Part shown: piece by piece, positions 58,263 to 64,000 of the stretch
Layout of the letters: each line of letters starts with the position of its first letter
Numbering within the stretch: the stretch's first letter is position 1
Virus record (IMG/VR): IMGVR_UViG_3300031687_001200
DNA length: 64,000 nucleotides
DNA from: an uncultured virus (IMG/VR IMGVR_UViG_3300031687_001200)
Lineage: Duplodnaviria > Heunggongvirae > Uroviricota > Caudoviricetes
Reading direction: 5' to 3' (one strand)
Program-made: the position numbers and the translations under genes
The notes under the pieces: generated by a model
Database searches by the model: none
What the model was told of the DNA's origin: nothing
Seen by the model: the letters and a program-made list of their open reading frames with translations, nothing else

Positions 58263-59054
58263 ATGGGATGGTTAGCAAATTGTTCTGAGTCAGAACGTGC
58301 CAGCATTTTGGCAAAACTGGCAGGTAGAGCTTATCTAAATGAAGCGGAATTAAAAGCCACAGAAAAAACATTAAAGATGCAAAGGTCGAAAGCAAAATTT
58401 ATTAAAGACGGAGACGCAGAAGCGTGGGTATTTATTACTCGTGACGATGCTATTATTGTAAGTTGTAGAGGAACAGAGCCAACTAAGTTCAGCGATATAC
58501 TAGCAGACTTAAAAACAATACCAGTTAGGCACCCTAGGGCCGGAAGAGTGCATCAAGGATTCAAAGAGTATTCAGATTTAGTATTCGACGAAATTGTAAC
58601 ACATGTTAAGAAAATGCGTAAGAAAGACGAAAACGTATTTGTGGTAGGGCATAGTTTAGGTGGAGCGATGGCAGTACTAGTAGCAGAAGGATTATCTGAT
58701 GCTGGCGTACCTGTTAAAGAGCTAAGAACATTTGGTCAGCCTAGAGTAGGAAATAGAGCATTCAGAAGACATTTAGAAGGTTGTGATATAGGACGTTATA
58801 TACGTTATGTTAATAATAACGATATAGTACCTAGTGTTCCACCTTCAGCATTTGGCTTTGTACACGGCGGTAACTTGCATTACATAAACAGTTGGGGTCT
58901 TATTAGAGACATGACTGTATGGCAAAGAATGAAAGATGGTTGGAGAGGATTTTGGGCGGCTTGTAAGCAGTTTAAATTCTTTGATTTTGTAGCAGATCAT
59001 GGCATGCCTAATTATGTAGAGAAGTCCGGTAACATTGCTAAGTTGGATAAATAG
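58263..59054 (+). CDS. class 3 lipase
   Basis: RGTE, VHQGF, GHSLGG, TFGQPRVG, DIVP, DH. Confidence 0.9.
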   Translation: MGWLANCSESERASILAKLAGRAYLNEAELKATEKTLKMQRSKAKFIKDGDAEAWVFITRDDAIIVSCRGTEPTKFSDILADLKTIPVRHPRAGRVHQGFKEYSDLVFDEIVTHVKKMRKKDENVFVVGHSLGGAMAVLVAEGLSDAGVPVKELRTFGQPRVGNRAFRRHLEGCDIGRYIRYVNNNDIVPSVPPSAFGFVHGGNLHYINSWGLIRDMTVWQRMKDGWRGFWAACKQFKFFDFVADHGMPNYVEKSGNIAKLDK

Positions 59055-59082
59055 TATAGTAATATATTACGGAGATATCAAG

Positions 59083-59247
59083 ATGGTAGAGTATATCAAA
59101 AATAGAATTAAAGAAAGAACTAGTTGGGATGGTGGTGTTATAATCGCTATGTCTCTAGCAATAATCTTGTTCGGTGGTCTTGTTAAAATAGCGGCGTGGG
59201 CCGGTTTAGCATATGGCATCTGGGCAATAGTACAAAAAGAGGATTAA
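59083..59247 (+). CDS. small membrane protein
   Basis: GGAG RBS; ERTSWDG followed by two hydrophobic segments. Confidence 0.6.
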   Translation: MVEYIKNRIKERTSWDGGVIIAMSLAIILFGGLVKIAAWAGLAYGIWAIVQKED

Positions 59248-59251
59248 TTAA

Positions 59252-59674
59252 ATGGCAAGTTTTGCACAAGAAAAAGAAATGAAGGCACACTTACTATTAA
59301 TAGCAGAAGCAGGAACTTATGCTGGTTACTTCAGTCAAGGAACAAACGCGGACGGAGACGTAAGCACATTTTACCTTACTACTGATAGTGATAAAGCGGC
59401 GGCTGACACATTGTTAGATGCCAAAGTTGCAGAGCTTACAGCTAATGATATAGGTGGAGAAACAGCAGGCGGCGAAGGTCCTAGTGAATTCGACGGTTTC
59501 ACTCCTATTCATTATGACGATGATGTGGCTGGCAGTGATTATAGAACATGGTTTGTTAAAGATGCAGACGGTGAATACTATAAAACAGATAACGGAAACA
59601 GCGACAACCTTGCTCAAATTTCCGATGCTGATGAGATCACAACACTAATTACAGACAGCGGCTATATAGCTTAA
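59252..59674 (+). CDS. acidic hypothetical protein
   Basis: 140 aa, GAGG RBS. Confidence 0.65.
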   Translation: MASFAQEKEMKAHLLLIAEAGTYAGYFSQGTNADGDVSTFYLTTDSDKAAADTLLDAKVAELTANDIGGETAGGEGPSEFDGFTPIHYDDDVAGSDYRTWFVKDADGEYYKTDNGNSDNLAQISDADEITTLITDSGYIA

Positions 59675-59814
59675 ATTTTTTCGTAATGGGCAAAAGACTC
59701 TGCAGGTCCTAGCCCTTTACACCCTTCACTACATACCAGTAATACTACACGATTAGCCTAGTCCTAGGTTAAATACATATTGACAACAGACAATAAAGGT
59801 AGTACAATAACACC

Positions 59815-60201
59815 ATGCACAAAGAAGAAGACTTACAGTTTCTAAACGAGTTAGAACCTAGCGAACTTTACGATTATATCGTAGAGCGTGGGGACAACAT
59901 AGTTGAGTCCAAAGAGGACCTTACAGCACTATGCACAAACGAACATAGAGTGTATGGCTGTCAAAGCCTTGTGTGGGTTGCAAGAAACGATAACGACTGG
60001 CAATGGGAAAGTAATGCATATTTTGTGCAAGGCTTAATTAACATTGTTATGACTCATGTAGTTAACATGACAGATGAAGAGATTGCTGAACTAGAGTTAA
60101 GCAAATTTGAATTTATTTGTGGTGAGAAAGTAACATGGGGAAGGGTAAGAGGCATTGAAAGTTTCTTGCAAAAATTAAAAACAATAGTAACGGAGAAATA
60201 A
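59815..60201 (+). CDS. sufE: Fe-S assembly sulfur acceptor SufE
   Basis: RVYGCQSLVW, S.A.FVQGL, R.RG; promoter 59780-59808. Confidence 0.82.
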   Translation: MHKEEDLQFLNELEPSELYDYIVERGDNIVESKEDLTALCTNEHRVYGCQSLVWVARNDNDWQWESNAYFVQGLINIVMTHVVNMTDEEIAELELSKFEFICGEKVTWGRVRGIESFLQKLKTIVTEK

Positions 60202-60789
60202 ATGAATTTTGTACCATATGTAATAGAGAAGACATCACAAGGCGAACGTAGTTACGACATCTACAGTAGATTGCTCAAAGAAAGAATAGTATTTTTAAAT
60301 GGTGAGGTGAACGATGCAGTATCAAATAGTATTTGTGCTCAGTTCCTATTCCTAGAAGCAGACGATCCTGACGCTGATATTAATTTTTACATTAACTCTC
60401 CTGGTGGAGCAGTAACTAGTGGCATGGCTATATACGATACTATGCAATACATTAAACCCGCTGTAAGCACTATTGTAATGGGACAAGCGGCTAGTATGGG
60501 TTCATTCCTTGCTAATGCTGGCGCTCCTGGTAAACGTTTTATGTTACCTAATGCTAGGCACATGATACATCAGCCATTAGGCGGTGCAAGTGGACAAGCA
60601 AGTGACATTGAAATCCGTGCTAAAGAGATTGTTCGTATTAAGAAAGAACTTACTGATATATACGTTAAGCATAACAACAAGGGCAAAACTTACGAAATAT
60701 TTGAGAAAGCTATGGATAGAGACAACTTTTTGTCCAGTTCAGAAGCACTCGAAATGGGCCTTGTTGACGAAATTATTGAACAAAGATAG
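60202..60789 (+). CDS. clpP: Clp protease proteolytic subunit
   Basis: [32 protein letters not shown]. Confidence 0.96.
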   Translation: MNFVPYVIEKTSQGERSYDIYSRLLKERIVFLNGEVNDAVSNSICAQFLFLEADDPDADINFYINSPGGAVTSGMAIYDTMQYIKPAVSTIVMGQAASMGSFLANAGAPGKRFMLPNARHMIHQPLGGASGQASDIEIRAKEIVRIKKELTDIYVKHNNKGKTYEIFEKAMDRDNFLSSSEALEMGLVDEIIEQR

Positions 60790-60801
60790 ATAAGTAATAG
60801 T

Positions 60802-61164
60802 ATGGAATTATTAAAAACATTCAATCCAGACAACGTTATTACATTTACAGAATCTGCAACAGAACATCTAGTATCACAGGTAAAAGCCAGTGAAGGCGCA
60901 ATTGGTGTAAGTCTTGGGCTAATGCCTAATGGCTGTGCAGGGTTTGAATACAAATGGGATATAGTTACTGAAGTAGAAGACGGTTATAAAGAACACATGA
61001 TAGGTCCTTACTTGTTTCTGTTAGATGAGAAAAGTGAAGACTTCCTTGCAGGCAGTGAAGTAGACTTAGTTAATGAAGGATTAAAAGGGAAGACACTAGT
61101 AGTTAAGTCTCCAAAAGCATCCGGAGAGTGTGGGTGCGGGGAGTCGGTAACATTTGATGTCTGA
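60802..61164 (+). CDS. sufA: A-type Fe-S carrier (SufA/IscA/HesB)
   Basis: GCAGFEY, CGCGES. Confidence 0.88.
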   Translation: MELLKTFNPDNVITFTESATEHLVSQVKASEGAIGVSLGLMPNGCAGFEYKWDIVTEVEDGYKEHMIGPYLFLLDEKSEDFLAGSEVDLVNEGLKGKTLVVKSPKASGECGCGESVTFDV

Positions 61165-62035
61165 ACTTAATTTTATTGAATACAATGTCAACAAAGAAGA
61201 GTTTAGCCCATCAGATATAGTTATAGCACTTCGTGGATTAGGCTTTCAACAAATTAGCGAAGCAAACAATGCCTTAGCAACAATGTGGGCTTGTAATAGT
61301 TGTATCATATTATTAAGTTTAAAAGACGATTTGCCTACAGGGTTAAGTGGATTTGGATTGAACATGCCAAATGCTCCAGACGGTAGTAAGCATTGTGAAA
61401 CAACCGGCTTAAACTTATGGAAAGATCCTAACGGCTTAAACGTTTACTCATACCCAGTAGAAGATTTTAGAACAGTATTTGACCAAAAGTTTACTATGCG
61501 TGGTACTGCTGGAACAGACGATGCTTTGCAATACTTTGCAGGATTTGTTTACAAGTGCAATCAAATAGAAACTAGAAACATTTACATAGATCAGTTAAAA
61601 CTAAAACCAGTTAAATCTACAGAGAACTATATTACTACAGTTTGCAGTAAGAATAGATTTAATGTGGTATGGGATTTAAACAGTCATGATAACGTAGTAA
61701 GTCAACTTACTATTGTTACTGAAGACATTGCTGATGTAACTGCTAAAATGATTGGCAGAGGCTTTGATAGTAACGGAATTACAACAGAGCGTAAAGAAGA
61801 AATACGAAGCAAATACCAAACACAAGAGCAGGCAGGATTCCCACCAACACATTTTGTTGAAGCATGGGACTTAAATTTAGGCGGCAAAGAAAAGAGTTTT
61901 GTACTCGAGAAAATGTTTGAAAATGCATTGCCTAACTTAAATATAGTAATGCAACAAAGAAACAACCATAACGGGTTTAGTGAAGAAACTTTACTATACT
62001 ATTCAGAACAGGCATTACCAGAGCTAACAGCATGA
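61157..62035 (+). CDS. hypothetical protein, possible degenerate VOC/HPPD-like fold
   Basis: FIEY..LRGLGF, DPNGL; metal ligands not evident. Confidence 0.45.
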   Translation: MSELNFIEYNVNKEEFSPSDIVIALRGLGFQQISEANNALATMWACNSCIILLSLKDDLPTGLSGFGLNMPNAPDGSKHCETTGLNLWKDPNGLNVYSYPVEDFRTVFDQKFTMRGTAGTDDALQYFAGFVYKCNQIETRNIYIDQLKLKPVKSTENYITTVCSKNRFNVVWDLNSHDNVVSQLTIVTEDIADVTAKMIGRGFDSNGITTERKEEIRSKYQTQEQAGFPPTHFVEAWDLNLGGKEKSFVLEKMFENALPNLNIVMQQRNNHNGFSEETLLYYSEQALPELTA

Positions 62036-62367
62036 ACAGTATAATCGAAAAAGCGTTAAATACCAGCCGGTGTGTAGCAGAGTTTGGCAAAGAGTTTGGC
62101 GAAACTAAAGTAGGTGAACGTAGTGAATTGTTTTTAAAGTTATGGGACAAGTGGGGCAACAATGCAGTTATTTTCCCTAAAAACATATTACAACCAGTTA
62201 CTATGCCGTACAATAGAGCATCCTGGCATATGATAAAATCTGAGATGGGTGTTAAAGCATTTGCAGAAAAACATAACATAGCAGAATTTTACGAATATCA
62301 AGTTCGAGGCAGTGAAGTTAGATTTAAATGTGAAGACACAGCATTGTTATACAGGTTACAATTATGA
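62032..62367 (+). CDS. hypothetical protein
   Basis: ATGA-coupled in operon. Confidence 0.6.
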   Translation: MNSIIEKALNTSRCVAEFGKEFGETKVGERSELFLKLWDKWGNNAVIFPKNILQPVTMPYNRASWHMIKSEMGVKAFAEKHNIAEFYEYQVRGSEVRFKCEDTALLYRLQL

Positions 62368-62702
62368 ATCCATTAATAGATTACACAACAAAGACTACAG
62401 ACGAGTTATCAGAACTTAATAAAAAGTACACTAAACAATTATATAGTCTTAGTGGAGACCACCCTTTATACAATCATGTTTTAAGTCTTAGAGAAGATGT
62501 ACAATTTGAATACGGCGAACGTATGCAAATGGCTATGCATAAAGAAACACTAAAGAAAGAACCAGCACAAGTTATAAATATAGGCGAGATAGAATCAACC
62601 ACCTATGGTTATCAACCAGATGATGACTCATTGTTTATCAAAGCAGTCGCCGACACCTACACAAAGAGAAAACCTAATGAAGACGATACATCTAAAATCT
62701 GA
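62364..62702 (+). CDS. hypothetical protein
   Basis: ATGA-coupled in operon. Confidence 0.6.
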   Translation: MNPLIDYTTKTTDELSELNKKYTKQLYSLSGDHPLYNHVLSLREDVQFEYGERMQMAMHKETLKKEPAQVINIGEIESTTYGYQPDDDSLFIKAVADTYTKRKPNEDDTSKI

Positions 62703-63426
62703 TAAAGATATAAACTTAATAGCAATAACAGAACAACCAGGCACAGACGAGATAGATGCCTTAGATCATTTTAAGTTTACAATAACATACACTATGTTTG
62801 TTTCACAGCACAACGAAGCTAGTATCGAAGAATTAAGTGTTGCACAAAATATCAGCTATCAAAAAATTAATTACTTCTTAGGAAACTATGTAGACAACAG
62901 CATATGGTATGATAAAATAGGGCAGGATATGATTGATAATCATTTTTCAACTACTAAGAATTTACTATTAGTAACACCTACTATAAATGTTACTTACTTA
63001 GGCAATTGCTTGTTTAGAAAGTTAAATGCACTATGTAAGGAAAATGTATATGTTGATGGCATAAGTGTTAAGGATTGGGGTACTAACCTAACATACTCTT
63101 ACAGAACAGATGAGCCAGAAGAAGGCATACACATACTACCAACCAACGACGAATGGATGGGAGAATTTAGTATTTACGATACTCCATGGTGGGATCGTGA
63201 CAGCATTAGTGCATACGATTATGCATGTAGAAGTTCTGAAGACCTAGCAGAAGTTAAAGAAGTACTAAAAGAAGAGGGGCAGATTATGGGTAACGATTTT
63301 CAATTAATTGAAGACGAAGTTATCAAGCAAATGCGAACAAATGACCCCGCAATGTTTAGTGAGAAGAAAGGCGAAATAATTGAAGTTGACTTTAAATCGA
63401 GATCCGCACCTAAAAAGGTTGACTAA
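62677..63426 (+). CDS. hypothetical protein
   Basis: ATG 62677; PWWDRD motif; C-terminal KKVD overlaps next promoter. Confidence 0.65.
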   Translation: MKTIHLKSDKDINLIAITEQPGTDEIDALDHFKFTITYTMFVSQHNEASIEELSVAQNISYQKINYFLGNYVDNSIWYDKIGQDMIDNHFSTTKNLLLVTPTINVTYLGNCLFRKLNALCKENVYVDGISVKDWGTNLTYSYRTDEPEEGIHILPTNDEWMGEFSIYDTPWWDRDSISAYDYACRSSEDLAEVKEVLKEEGQIMGNDFQLIEDEVIKQMRTNDPAMFSEKKGEIIEVDFKSRSAPKKVD

Positions 63427-63453
63427 TCCACACAACTACTATATACTACTTAA

Positions 63454-63963
63454 ATGTTAGACAAACATCAAAGATATCTAAGCGATGAGACTACCGGCAT
63501 GGAAATGCTGTATCACAATGCTGATATTAACAAAGTAGAGTTCCTGCATACCGATGATATTACTAAGTTTAACAAGTTTGCTGAAGAACTTGGCATAAAG
63601 AAACTGGAAATTTTAGGTGATGACGACTTCGACAGGATAAATACATACATAATTCCACAACACTATAAAGAGTTAGATGTTGAGAGTTATGTAAGACAGC
63701 TAATTCCAAACGGAGTGGACCGCACTGATAACGCGGAGACCAGTCAAAGAGTTGAAATGGAACTAGCACTATATAAAGAAAGAGGATTACTTCCTATACT
63801 ACAAGTGTTAATATATATTGTTGACACATTGCGTAAATTTAATTTAGTATGGGGTGTTGGAAGAGGCAGTAGTGTAGCAAGTTATATACTCTACTTAATT
63901 GGGATTCATAAAGTTGATTCTCTGAAATATAATTTAGATATAAAGGAATTCCTTAAGAGGTAA
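63454..63963 (+). CDS. N-terminal fragment of split DNA polymerase III alpha (DnaE NTPase region)
   Basis: RVEMEL..VWGVGRGSSVASYILYLIGIHKVDSLKYNL; stops before PDID motif; promoter 63419-63447. Confidence 0.85.
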   Translation: MLDKHQRYLSDETTGMEMLYHNADINKVEFLHTDDITKFNKFAEELGIKKLEILGDDDFDRINTYIIPQHYKELDVESYVRQLIPNGVDRTDNAETSQRVEMELALYKERGLLPILQVLIYIVDTLRKFNLVWGVGRGSSVASYILYLIGIHKVDSLKYNLDIKEFLKR

Positions 63964-63965
63964 TA

Positions 63966-64000
63966 ATGGTACAACGAAAAACAAACAATGGACAAATAAT
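63966..64000 (+). CDS. partial ORF running off the window
   Basis: GAGG RBS, ATG 63966 (MVQRKTNNGQI). Confidence 0.5.
   Translation, partial: MVQRKTNNGQI

Noticed and set aside
57931..58395. 154 aa minus-strand ORF
   Set aside because: Crosses a plus-strand small gene, terminator, promoter and the lipase start; no recognisable motifs
1..64000. Cellular chromosome or alternative genetic code
   Set aside because: T4-like late promoters, lysozyme, head-like proteins, split DnaE and lack of host operon context indicate a phage; conserved genes are full length in code 11 and end in TAA, TAG and TGA

Overview
This AT-rich, gene-dense 64 kb window looks like part of a large (jumbo-type) tailed phage genome rather than a cellular chromosome. 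It has T4-like late promoters (TATAAATA/ATAAATA/CTAAATA), strong sigma70-type early promoters often preceded by AAAAGG, a T4-type lysozyme, a cluster of acidic head-protein-like genes, two tRNAs (Arg-TCT, Leu-TAA), an extended ribosomal protein bS21 and an N-terminal fragment of a split DnaE polymerase. Host-like auxiliary genes are abundant: a complete SUF Fe-S assembly set in two loci (sufBCDS-sufT; sufE, sufA), ClpX/ClpP/ClpS, Hsp20, peptide deformylase, ferredoxin, cytochrome c, ferritin-like protein, peroxiredoxin, AmtB, GuaC, NadE, QueD, UvsE, FabF, GH6 glucanase, a SET-domain protein, several 2OG-Fe(II) oxygenases and a B12-radical SAM enzyme. A proteobacterial, probably aquatic, host is inferred, not shown. 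Hidden features found by reading the DNA: a probable -1 frameshift on an A9 tract, at least 12 genes that appear to be leaderless, several densely base-paired intergenic RNA candidates (including a ~400 nt one ending in a ROSE-like hairpin before hsp20), a modular head-protein family with shared motifs, and a ParB/DGQH-like plus HNH gene pair. All calls come from motif recognition and manual base-pairing; no searches or folding programs were run.
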